Origin: Octopus bimaculoides
Lineage: Eukaryota
Assembly (NCBI RefSeq): GCF_001194135.2
Contig: NC_068994.1
Span: 55,433,166-55,497,165 of the forward strand
Direction of reading: 5' to 3'
Length of the DNA stretch: 64,000 bases
Shown: positions 1 through 12,433 of the stretch, one piece after another
Layout: the number at the start of each line of letters is the position of its first letter
Numbering within the stretch: position 1 is the first letter of the stretch
Translations under genes and position numbers: made by a program
Notes under the pieces: model-generated
Databases searched by the model: none
What the model was told of the DNA's origin: nothing
Seen by the model: the letters and a program-made list of their open reading frames with translations, nothing else

Positions 1-304
1 CACATACATACATATATACACTACAAACTACAAACACGTATATATACATAACTTTAGACATCCCACCACCCACTCATGAACAGATCCCTATCGATGTACC
101 GTAATGCTTCACAAATATTTTCTACAATAATTATGAAGTTTTGAAGTCTTCACGAAACGAACTTACAAACAATAAAAATACAACAACAACAATACCACAA
201 ACAACAAAGGGAGATAATAAAAATTAACATTAAGGCAAACAAATAATATAAATGTAAAAAGTATATTACTACCATAACGAAGACGCGACATAATAGTAAT
301 AGTG

Positions 305-365
<61 letters not shown>

Positions 366-677
366 GAGGGAAATCAAAATGAAACAGTGACAATAACAAC
401 CTCATTAACAAAAACATATAAAAAAATGCAAAAAATGTAAAAATATCAACAAATTCGTCAACAAAACAATAAAAACAACAATTATAATAACATTTGTAAG
501 AAGAAAGAGAAAAGAATAAAGACGAAAAATGCAATGAGAAATAAAATCCAGACAAATTAGTGTTGTTGTTGTTGTTATTATTATTATCATTATTGTTATT
601 ATTATTATAATTATCATTATTATTATTTTGCTTTTTTAGATCTCTAAATCTATTTTGAAGTGTTTATCATTATCACC

Positions 678-739
<62 letters not shown>

Positions 740-753
740 CATTATTATTATTA
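305..753. repeat. (AAT)n and (TTA)n trinucleotide microsatellites
   Basis: (AAT)n at 305-363 and (TTA)n at about 575-753. Confidence 0.95.
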
Positions 754-866
754 TAAAATTTCCATCTTGTCTTTGGCAACTTATACTCTTTTTTTTTTAA
801 TATTTTCCTTTCATCTTCATTGCATAAAATTTATTTATTATTATATCCACTCCCACCTCGTCCAAA

Positions 867-901
<35 letters not shown>

Positions 902-1937
902 AATTAATAAATAAATTCTTTCTCTAAATTTTTCTGAATAAAATCATTAATTTCATCTTCTCTTGCAACGATCTTTGATCTTTTTATTACATTATTTCAA
1001 TAAAAGGTTTTGTTATCTCTGTTCGTTCTGTTATTTATTATCGACGGCTCTATGACGTCTGGTATATTTTAAAACTTTATGACTTCACCGACTGGGAAAA
1101 AAAAAATGACCGACTAAGTTAAAGGTATTTCCACTGGAGGCTTGCATAGCCGAGATTAATTCTACAGAAGATATTTCGTTTCGTTTCTGTTATATTCAAA
1201 TGCATCAAGCTGTGGATTCTGACACATACTTTGCAAGCTTTGCATTCTTCGAAATGTTTAAAATGCACAAGATAAAGATGAGCGATTTTAAAAATCGATT
1301 CATATCAGCTTTATGTTTCTGGTGGAAAAAAAAAACCCAAACAAAAAACGATCTTTATTCTGTTTGTGTCATTTTATAAATATATAGCGACAAGCAAGTA
1401 AATAGAGATCATACATCTCCAGAAAGTTTTCTTGAAGTGAAGTAAAAGCCGAAAAAAAATTACGGTCCCACAATGGAGTAGTTAGTGTGCAGAAGACATA
1501 AATCGCGTGGTTGAGCAGACGATAAGCGTTTACGTGATAAATCTAAGGAGTTGAGAGTAGATGACGTCGCAAACAGAGCTAGGAGTATATATATGAATAT
1601 ATATCCTGGAATGAGTAAAGGACGAGTCGAAATGAAATAGAGTTACTGAGATCAAGAGTCAGAGATAGATAAACAGAGATGATAAATAGGTCAGCTAATA
1701 TAGTAATTTAAGTTGTCTTACGTATAAGATGGCCTCGTGACTTTTGTAATTTCTCTCTCTATCGGTGTATCAGTGATTTCGGATCTTATAAAAGTATTAT
1801 TGATGGACAATGAGAGAAGCCATGCCGTAAGTATGATGGAAATTAAACGTTGAAATCTAATTCCATCAACAGCTTGAACAAACCGTTCGATAACTTAAGA
1901 AGCTTTCGTTAAGAACTTCAGCTAGTAAATCTTACCT

Positions 1938-1963
1938 TGTGTGTGTGTATGAGTCTGAGTGTA

Positions 1964-2000
<37 letters not shown>

Positions 2001-2006
2001 GTGTGA

Positions 2007-2069
<63 letters not shown>

Positions 2070-2171
2070 TATATAGAGAGAGCGAGATAGACAGATAGGT
2101 ATGTATACGTATATATATATACGTGTGCGCACGCGCGTGTGCGTGTGTGTGTCAGTGTTTTTATGTGTATG

Positions 2172-2245
<74 letters not shown>

Positions 2246-2300
2246 GACATATGTATTTATATAAGTATCTAGCTAGGTAGATATACATATATGTGTGTAT
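1938..2300. repeat. (TG)n/(TA)n microsatellite complex
   Basis: Visible directly in the sequence. Confidence 0.95.
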
Positions 2301-2369
2301 ATATATATCTATATCTATATCAATATCCCAACATTCATCTATCTACCTAGCTAACTACCTATATATGGG

Positions 2370-2560
2370 AGAATATGCAAATAATAACAACAGACGAGGA
2401 CAGGTGGTGTAAATAACAAAAGGATGTATTAGTATGACGCTCGGGAATACGGAAAGTCTTTGACGTTTCGAGCTACGCTCTTCAACAGAAAGAATACGGA
2501 GACAAGGAGAAAAACACGGAGAAAAAAAATTAAATAGTGTTCAGTCAACGGTCAATCATA
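2370..2560 (-). mobile_element. Penelope-like terminal (pLTR-type) fragment carrying a hammerhead-like motif
   Basis: Contains gacgtttcgagctacgctcttcaacag, whose reverse complement has the core/stem II/GAAACGTC layout typical of PLE termini. Element boundaries are approximate. Confidence 0.55.
2457..2493 (-). ncRNA. Minimal type-I hammerhead ribozyme-like motif with variant core (CUGUUGA)
   Basis: Minus strand: TCTTT-CTGTTGA-A-GAGC(gta)GCTC-GAAACGT-C-AAAGA. It has a 5-bp stem I, a 4-bp stem II, a palindromic ACGT stem III and a GUC cleavage triplet. A6 is replaced by U. Confidence 0.6.
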
Positions 2561-2793
2561 TATAAATATATACACCTACCTACTGTCTCTCTCCCTCTCT
2601 CTCTCACAGACACACACGCCCGCACACGCTCACACACACTTACACACACACACACACACACACACACGCNNNNNNNNNNCGACACTTTAGTGAAGTGCCT
2701 GTGTCAATAGTTGATTTAGGTAACATTGGACAGACTAGACTACTTACTATTATAACGTTTGTTTGGTTGCATTGTCAGAATGTGAAAGAGTGA

Positions 2794-2867
<74 letters not shown>

Positions 2868-3059
2868 AAGAAACAGAGGGAATGAGAAAATAAAGCCACT
2901 TCCAAAAGAGAAAATTTGCAATGAAAGTCAAAGCATACAGTCAAAGCAAAACGTCACGTTCCCCTCAAATAAAAATGTTTATTGAGAATGGCATTTACCT
3001 AACAATGGCGATATGTACTTTAAGTAATTTTTGTTTCGTTGTATTCAATAGCAGAATGT

Positions 3060-3210
3060 CTGTACGCTTCTCATCCTGTGGATTTAAGTTCAAATCCCAT
3101 CCTGTGGATTTGCATCTCACCTTGGGCAGGTGTCTTGTACTACAGCGTCCGACAGACCAAAGTTTTGTGGAGCAGATTTCGTTGCCGGAAACTGAGAGAA
3201 GCCTGTCAAA
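3060..3210 (+). mobile_element. Chimeric SINE (A-like head, family D body)
   Basis: aagttcaaatccc followed by ccttgggcaggtgtctt...ggaaactgagagaagcctgtc, then an (ATGT)n linker. Confidence 0.6.
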
Positions 3211-3346
3211 TGTATGTATGTATGTATGCATGCTTGTATGTATGTATGTACGTATGTATGTATGTACGTACGTAAGTACGTACTGATGTATGAATGTATG
3301 CATGTATGTCATTATTCAGTTTATTTCACTATTTCTTGCCAATAGA

Positions 3347-3392
3347 GAAAGAACCGGTTTCTAACCTAGTTCGAAGGCTTCATTGGAATTTC
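3347..3392 (-). ncRNA. Divergent hammerhead-like layout joined to the PLE RT fragment
   Basis: Minus strand: GAAAtt-CCAATGA-AGCC(ttcgaacta)GGTT-a-GAAACCGGT-T-cTTTC. Stem III is the palindrome ACCGGT. The core differs from CUGANGA at two positions. Confidence 0.3.
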
Positions 3393-3407
3393 AGCATCAA
3401 CAGGGCA

Positions 3408-3626
3408 TTTTGAAATTGCCAGTGCCTCATCTCTATATAGACCAAAGCTAGTAGAAAGGAATTTCTTTTTGAGTATGTCCAGCATAAATAAACCGACGAG
3501 GCCACACACGCCTGCACTGTCAAAAGCACCCATCCCTACGTCGAAGGAACCCTCTGGGTCGGTGCGTTTGGTCCATGATAATGTGTGTATCCTCGTCGTT
3601 GACTTCGGTAAAGTTTCTGGCAAAGT

Positions 3627-3629
<3 letters not shown>
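3408..3629 (-). mobile_element. Penelope-like retroelement reverse transcriptase fragment (decayed)
   Basis: Minus ORF 3366..3656 reads WTKRTDPEGSFDVGMGAFDSAGVCGLVGLFMLDILKKKFLSTSFGLYRDEALAI. This matches the PLE RT pattern I recall, W.KK..FDV.MG.(F/Y)DGAE.CELVGL(Y/F).L..L...F....GLYRDDGLA. The catalytic YRDD appears as YRDE at 3437-3426. Confidence 0.85.
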
Positions 3630-3659
<30 letters not shown>

Positions 3660-3660
<1 letters not shown>

Positions 3661-3750
3661 TACGACATTCTTCGTTCGGTTCCCATCTACCAAATTAACT
3701 CACAGAGATTGGTTGGCCCGAGGGTATAACAAAAGACACTTGCCCAAAGT
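3660..3750 (-). mobile_element. SINE family D fragment
   Basis: ctaccaaattaactcacagagattggttggcccgagggtataacaaaagacacttgcccaa is the reverse complement of the family D body. Confidence 0.7.
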
Positions 3751-3797
3751 GTGTGTATATACATATATATATACATATATATATGCATGTATACATA

Positions 3798-3871
<74 letters not shown>

Positions 3872-4134
3872 TATCTATGTATGTTTGTGTGCATGGATTA
3901 CTGTAAGGTAACTTTATAACAATGTTCAATAGTTCAATAGGAAAGGGCAGCAAGTAAACCATTAAGTTTCAATATTTGTCAATCGATTTAAAAGAAGTTT
4001 ACATATTTGTTAATTGATCTAGAATAGACAGCAATGCAAATATACAATGATAAACATTTATAGATTTTTATGAAAATAACTAAATGGAGCTTGAAAGTCC
4101 TGCCAGATAGATAGGCACACACACACACACACAC

Positions 4135-4200
<66 letters not shown>

Positions 4201-4748
4201 TCTCTCCACACATATATATATATGGAGAGAGACATATACATATATACATATATATATACACATAGAGAGAGCCAGATGGATATGCACATAAATGTATACA
4301 TATACATATATATATATGTTTGTGTGTGTGTGTGTGTAAAATTCTTACTCTTACAGGTACATGTACATATATAGTTACACACATGTACACATATACACAC
4401 GCGTTCGTATATGCATATATAGCTATGTATGTATGTATAAACATATAAGCTCACACTCTTATGTTGGCTGATGGATAGATGATACATTTATACAATAGGT
4501 GTATATATATATATATATATATATATGAATGTAGGTTTGTATGAGTGCATGTGTGTATGTATGTATGTATTGTAATAAATACGTGTTTTTATGCGTATTT
4601 ATTACAATTCGTGCATGTATATATTTATGCGCGTGTATGGTAGTCTATACAAAATAGGGTAACGACAGTGAAGTGGGTAAACAAAAAGAGAAAGAGAAAG
4701 CGTAATGATTTGAAAATAACAATGATGGTGATGATGATGATGATGATG

Positions 4749-4816
<68 letters not shown>

Positions 4817-5865
4817 GAGAAGAGCGCAAGCAAAGTTTGGCGCCCATAACAGAAAATAATTTAAAATGGCTGAAAAGGAAAATTCGTATATAGTTGCCAA
4901 ATACCGTTTAACAAAGTAATTACAGCCAAACTAAACACATACATGACTGAAGAGTCTTCTTGTCTGAGTTTATGAATTTTAGGTGGTTGTTTAAAATGTC
5001 CTTCACAATATGACGTGGGATTACTATTTTCATAATAATGCTTGCAAGTGGCCGATTCGACGCCGGCGTTCGTGTGCACAATTGCAGCAAACAGCAAATG
5101 TTTGTCTGCATAAAGTTCCAGTTCACTTTATCGCTGCTGATTGATACAGACTCTCTGTCAGTGTTTTCATTCTCTGCTTAATGAAGTATTCATTGATATA
5201 AGCATTGAGCATGTTATATAACAGAAACAATTTCCACAGGTTTGAACCTCCCGCTGTAAAGAGCTTTGTAATGATTTTATTCTTATATAGATACGAAGAA
5301 ATGCTTTTGGTCCTTTTTATGACTGTTTATGCATGAAACCCCGTTTATTCACATGCGAAATTGTGTAGTGCAGATATAAAGTTTTGTATTGTGAGATAAT
5401 TATATATTTAAAAACATTTTGTGCGTTGTTGGTGTTATTGTTGTTGCTGTTGTATACTAAGAGACCAGAGATATATGGAAGTAATCAAAAGCATGTCGTT
5501 TTTTCTTTCTAATTTTTTTTCCGTGACTTCACTGTATATTATCAAATATGCTCCGCTATCAGACAGTAAGATATGATCAGAACGATATTTAGCTGGTATA
5601 TTTAACCAGTTGAACGATATCAGTTAGTCAGCAGATTGAAGCTACTAGGCTGCAACATCCAAAAAATTTAACAGGAAGTATCGATTCAATGAATGAAAGG
5701 AAGTCTCTTCAAATCGTTGTCTGCTCTTTCAACAAATTTCGAAAATTTGGCAAATGTTGCTGGTGAGAATCTACAAAGTGGCAACGTTACTCCGAAGTCG
5801 TTTACCCAGTAGAGTTCTTGAAGTAAAGCAAGCGCGCGCATACACGAACACTTATGTACATCTAA

Positions 5866-5924
<59 letters not shown>

Positions 5925-6390
5925 GTCTGTCTATCTATCTTTAAATCGGCTGTTGATAAGAAAGTACGTACCTACCTATCTACACACAAACACGCACACA
6001 CACACACACACGCACGCATAAACAGACAGACAGTGAGACAAACACAAATCACACACACACATGTGCGAGCGTGGTTGAAAGGTTTCATATGCAATTACGA
6101 GGCTCTGGGCTGGTTCTTTCTGCTTAGCACCATGAGCAAGTGTTTACTAATATAACCTCTATCTATATCCGTTTATCTATCTACCAACCTTAGTTGTTAT
6201 TTGTAACAGGTAAAGCAACACCACAAAATCTCCTTCATTGTATGAATCACTTTTAATCGACCACAAAAATACCATACATGACATTTGTTTCATCGACCTC
6301 AGTGGCTGATATATGAGCCTTATCAACATCAATATTTAAGCATTAAATTCTATAAAAATGGATCGGAAATACAGTTAAATATTCAAGGAA

Positions 6391-6586
6391 TATTGGTTTC
6401 AAATTTTAGCACAAGGTCAGTAATTTCGGGGGTGAGAGTAAGTAGATTAGATTGACCCCAAAGCTCAACTGGTACTTATTTTATCAACTCCGAAAGAAAG
6501 AAAATCAAAGTCAGCCTCGGTGGAATTTGAATTCAGACCGTAAGGACGAATGAAATACTGCCAAGCATTTTGCCAGCTCGCCGCCT
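6391..6586 (-). mobile_element. tRNA-derived SINE family A copy
   Basis: Reverse complement of the family A consensus seen at 12434 (ggcggtgagctggcagaa...gagttcaaattccgccgaggtcgactttgcctttcatcctttcggggtcgat..aagtacc). Confidence 0.85.
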
Positions 6587-7347
6587 CACATCTAAAGATT
6601 CTGTCAGCGTGCCGTCTTTATAATCAGGGAATATTGCTTGCATCACATTAACGGGTCCCGATATATACAATACACAGTATTTATTTCATCGACCCCAGAT
6701 AGCTGAAATACACGATTAAACACGGATAAATTTTGAAATTATAAACGTCGTTCAAACACTTCCCTCATCAAATCCCTTTCGACATTTAAATATTCAATAA
6801 TACAGCATAGACAAGAAATATCTGCAACGCTTTACAAATCAATCTCTTCAAAAGCAAGATATTCGCATTACATTCCATTCTATACAGTCTGGCTTGGCAT
6901 TGTTGAATAATTGTTTGAATCCACGTGAAATCATATGTAAAGACTTGAAAATATTCCCAGCGATTCAACACCATCTACCTACGACACTTAACAACGATAA
7001 AGAGGGTACTTCTGCTAAGGATATCACTCATAAAAGTCTTCAGTTACTTCAAGAAAACTGCAATCCAAGTGACGCTAATTTATTTCTCGCCTTACTGCCT
7101 CTATCTACATCCATATTATATCACAAGTAAATCACGTTCGCATCACGTTTAAATCACGTGTGTGTCAGATATATATCACGTTCCGTGCCTCTTTCATTCA
7201 GCCAAGCGTTACTTAACCGTTTTTCTTACCGTTCAACGTCGTTTTAAATCACAGTCGAAACGAAATCAATTTTCGTAAGCACGGAGGTGTGTACGTGGAT
7301 GTGCTAGTGTGTGTTTGAGTGTGTGTGAGAGAGAGAGAAAGACAAAA

Positions 7348-7390
<43 letters not shown>

Positions 7391-7959
7391 GGGAGAGAGA
7401 GAGGGANNNNNNNNNNNNNNNNNNNNNNNNNNNNNNNNNNNNNNNNNNNNNNNNNNNNNNNNNNNNNNNNNNNNNNNNNNNNNNNNNNNNNNNNNNNNNN
7501 NNNNNNNNNNNNNNNNNNNNNNNNNNNNNNNNNNNNNNNNNNNNNNNNNNNNNNNNNNNNNNNNNNNNNNNNNNNNNNNNNNNNNNNNNNNNNNNNNNNN
7601 NNNNNNNNNNNNNNNNNNNNNNNNNNNNNNNNNNNNNNNNNNNNNNNNNNNNNNNNNNNNNNNNNNNNNNNNNNNNNNNNNNNNNNNNNNNNNNNNNNNN
7701 NNNNNNNNNNNNNNNNNNNNNNNNNNNNNNNCATACACACACATGTATGTATATATACATATATTCACACATGCATAATCACAAGTTTGTATGCATATAT
7801 ATGTATATGTAAACGCGCACACACACACTGACACACATATCTATGTATCTATATATACATACACACACATGTATGTATATATACATATATATACTTACGT
7901 GCATACACATAATCACAGACTAACACATACAAACACACACACGTACACACACACACTCA

Positions 7960-8012
<53 letters not shown>

Positions 8013-8566
8013 ATGAAAAGCATTGGATATCTAACGCATGTGTTGTTGCCGGGGTATTTTACTTATTTAGCGCACAATAGAACACTGTTGCCTTCTATTG
8101 GCAATATCCTTAATGAATACGGTATATAACTTATTGTGCCATTACACAATAGAATCTGCTGGTATCAGGGAGAAAGGCTTTTTATTAATGCCTTCAGGTT
8201 CAAAGAGTCTTCTAGGGGACGTTATCATTAATAACATCTGTAGCATTGAAGCCTTTCATTATTTTCCGTTTCATTTTGTTTTTTTTATGATATTATTTTT
8301 TCCCTCCTGTTTGGTTTCATACAAAAGGCTTTGAATAAACAACTGGGACAAAAATAATATAATATCTATATTAGACAGAAGATGATGAAGACTTGTATTA
8401 GTAACATGTGTTAGTGATATTTGATCCTATTAAAACATCATACGCTCATCACACACACACATATATATACACATATGTACACACACCATACATATATGTA
8501 CTTATGTGTGTGAAAAAAAAAAAAAAATATATATATATACATACATATATATGTTTATATATATGT

Positions 8567-8889
8567 AGAAGGCGCCTGGCTTCGAGCTTACGATCGTGAG
8601 TTGTGAGTTCGAATCTCGGACCGGGCTGCGTGTTGTGTTCTTGAGCAAGTCACTTTATTTCACGTTGCTCCAGTTCACTTAGCTGTAGAAATGATTTGCG
8701 ACGTCACAGGTGCCAAGCTGTATCGGCCCCTTTGCTTTTCCCTTGGAGAACACTGGTGGCATGAAAAAGGGAGGCTGGTATGCATGGGCGATTGCTGGTC
8801 TTTCATAAAACAACCTTGCCCGAACTTGTGCCTGAGAGGGTAACTTTGTAGGTGCAATCCCATGGTCAGTCATGACCGAAGGGGGTCTC
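8567..8889 (+). mobile_element. tRNA-derived SINE, family B head (CORE-like) with a different tail
   Basis: gagttcgaatc B-box and gtgttcttgagcaagtcactttatttcacgttgctccag central domain are shared with 14356 and 31289. The 3' half is unrelated to theirs. Confidence 0.8.
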
Positions 8890-8892
8890 AGC

Positions 8893-8928
<36 letters not shown>

Positions 8929-9414
8929 ATATATATATCTATGTATGTGTGTGTGTATGTATAGATACCTGTATATTGGAATCCCTGGACGCCCAGTGAC
9001 CAGTAGCAAAAGAAGCATGTAGGTTTCCATATAAATATTACAGTACGGCAGATGGCAGATCCCTTCTTATAGCTTCTAGATCTTGAAAAAGAGTGTTAGC
9101 TGAGCCTGCTATTGGCTTAATTCATTGCAAAAATACCTTCCATAGCGTTTGGGGTGATGCACAGAACATCACAGTTTTTCAGGAAGGCACGTTCAGGATG
9201 TACTACTACCATTATGTTTCTGCTGTCAACATTCATATGAGTTTCAGTCGAGGCGAGCGTCAGACACGGCGATATCATCATTGCAAAGCTCTTCATCGCA
9301 TGCCTAGTAATTTTCATGAGTGACATTTGAATGCAAAGATGGTGTCAACATCAACAGCGTGCAACTAACACGTTTCCCAATTTAAAGTTGATTTCGTGCT
9401 TATAGTAGAAACAT

Positions 9415-9622
9415 GGAATTCTGGCACAAGGCCAGTAATTTCGGGGGTGGAAGCTAGTCAATTCGATCGACCCCAGTCCACAAACTGGTACTTATTTTAT
9501 CAACCCAGTAAAGATGAAGACAAAGTCGACCACGGCAAAGTTTGAACTCAGAACGTAAAGATGTATGGAATGCCACAAATCGTTTTACCCAGTCTGCTAA
9601 TGATTCTGCCAGCTGCCGCCCT
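9415..9622 (-). mobile_element. SINE family A copy
   Basis: Full-length reverse-complement match to family A. Confidence 0.85.
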
Positions 9623-11651
9623 AAACGACATAGATATTAATTTTTAATAGAGGTGAAAAAGCCACATATTTTTGATAGGATGGTGATGGTTGCGGCTGTG
9701 GATGGGTTTAATCAATCAATTTATGCTCAGTAGTTGTCAGTCAGATATTTTATTTTCTCCACACAGTAATGATCAAAAGTAAATTTGACCTCAATGGGAT
9801 TTGAACTCACAACAGCCATAAAGAGGCGTGACGAAATAACGTAAGGTATTTTCTCCAGCTCTTTATCTATTCTCTCACTCCACAACCCCTTAAATACCTG
9901 AAATACTAAAGGTTTGTTTGTCTAGATCGGTATGCCCCATATATTCATTAGCGCATATTTTACACTTTATTATCTTGTTAATATTCCGACTGTTTATCTT
10001 GTGAATTTCTCTTCCCACCGCCATTTTGTTTGAAATATCTTCATTTTATTTTATTTTTGCCTTCATTACAACTTTTTCATCTCAATTTTTAGCTTTATAT
10101 AATGCTTTCGCTATATTTTGTTTTCCCTATTACATTTTACACTACCCACACTACACATGCATATTCTCTCACTGCATTTAGTTGACATTTTAAGCGCAAT
10201 TTTTATGATCTTCTTCTTATTTTGTTGCTTTCGATGTTTTGGTTTTCCGATGTTCTGCATTTGTAATTAAAATGTAAATTTATTCTGTTCAACTTGGCTA
10301 TTCAAAGTGAACATTGTTTCTTTTTGTTGTTGCTTTAAAAATAAAAGTTAAAATGAAATAAAATGTGATATAAAAAAGCCTATAAAATGTAAATATAAAT
10401 ATAAACTATGAATAAACAAGGAAATAAATACACATTTTACCACAAAAACAACAAAATTTTTCCTGGAAAATAATAAATCAGGAACTGAAGTTGCAGCTAT
10501 TTTTAAAAGTGAGGCGAGAGTTTATTTAATTCATTTTCTGCTTATTTTTGTTTTTTAGATATTTTCTAAACTCTAAAATAACACAAAAATAAATAATAAA
10601 AGAACAAGGATTTTAAAAATGAGACAAAAAAAAAATAGGTAAGGAATCGCCAAAAATTAACAAAAATGAAACGTACTTGACATTCCATACAACAAAACAT
10701 TTTCTGATAACTGATGCGAAACGAGTAAAAATCGTTTTTTTTTTTGGTATTATTCAGAGAATTTTTTGACGTTTTTTTTATTATTTATAACTCTTTCGAA
10801 ACATGGCTATTCTTCACATTTTTGTTTCAATGACGAAAACTTAGCAGAAATCTCGACGGGATAGACCTTACTTTTCATTTTAGCAGGATCAATAAAACAA
10901 ATACCATTATAGTACTTGGCGTTGAATCAATTGACTACAGTGCCACCGCAGCAGAAATTGGTCTTGTGCCAATGTAAGAGATCAATACCAAATTGTGTTT
11001 CCACAGGGATTAACACTTTGCTCTTCATCACACTGACAAAGTTAAAACAACAACTAACGATGCACTCAATAGAGGTGACGTTGCGTATTTTTGGAAAGTC
11101 CATGCGGAGCCTTAAAATGGTAGCCATAAAAAACGTTATGAAATTAAAGAGAAAGTTACACAATTATATTAAGTCCCATCTCTGTATCTGCATATTTCAT
11201 ATACGATATATTAATAAGAGAATTCGAAATATGTGGTAAGAAAGATAGATTTACAGATATGTTAGTTAGATTTCAGATGTCTAATACCTAAATCATTTTT
11301 AAAAAATCGATATGTTATAGGTTCGATATTTAGACAAGTATGTATGTTAGTGATAATATATTTGAAACACTGGGCTTTAATATGACAACTAGAAATCATT
11401 ATGGAATGAGGCAGATAGATTTTTGAGAGAGATTTCACATATTCATTAAAGAGATGATTATAAATATCTATTAATAAGTGATGAGTTCGATAGGCAGATA
11501 AGTACGTAAGCTGGTTGTAATATATTTCGGAGATGGGACACTGAAATTACTAGAAATGAATGAAATGAGAGCTCGTGCTAACATACTTAGGACATCGAGT
11601 AACCAAAAAATATAGATAAGTAAAAGAGTGCTAATATGTTTAGTACACAAA

Positions 11652-11772
11652 AGGTGGCGAGCTGGCAGAACCATTTGCACGCCGGGTAAAATGCTTAGCG
11701 GGTCCGCCCGTTCTGGGTTCAAATTCCGCCGAGGTCGACTTTGCCTTTCATCCTTTCGGGGTCGATAAATTA
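11652..11772 (+). mobile_element. SINE family A copy, 3'-truncated
   Basis: Head with B-box-like gggttcaaattcc plus the central gcctttcatcctttcggggtcgataaa domain. Confidence 0.85.
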
Positions 11773-12433
11773 CGGATATAAAGAAAATGAGGTGTAAATT
11801 CATGTTTGAATTTAATATACGGAACATTAAAAAGCTATTAAAAATAACTGACAGATATACTTATAAGATAGATAAATGAATTTTAATGTATTTAATCCAG
11901 GTAACATTGAAAAACGAACAAGAAAAACGCGAGATAGATAGACAAATTAGAGTTGGCGTATTGCACATGTTGAGGATTAAGGAAAATAACTGGAAATTGC
12001 TAAGTGGAGAAATAGGGAGTGTATGTGTGTGTCTGTTTGTGTGTGTGTATGAGAGAGGGAGGGGAGGAGAGAGAGTTAAGTGCGTGTTAAGATATTTAAT
12101 ATATGTAACATTAATAAAATTAACTGGGAAAATGTGATGAGGCAGCTAGATAGAAGGTTTCATAATTAAGTTTGTGTTAATATATCTAATGCACAGAGTA
12201 TTAAAAAGATAATAGATATGCGGTGCGGCATAGTGACAGAGATAAAAGCTTGTGTTTTATTTGTTTACATTTTAACATAAAAAGGATGAAAAGCATCGGT
12301 TATCATTGTTTGTATGACTTGATATCTGGTATCATGCTTTTGATAAGGGTTTTAGTTGCTGAAACAGTCGTGAGAAAGCATAGGCTTGTTCTCTGCCTTA
12401 AGGGAATTGGTTCTGCAGAACATCGAATATGTT

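Noticed and set aside
9117-9326. Possible DDE transposase remnant
   Set aside because: No convincing motif in any frame I translated.
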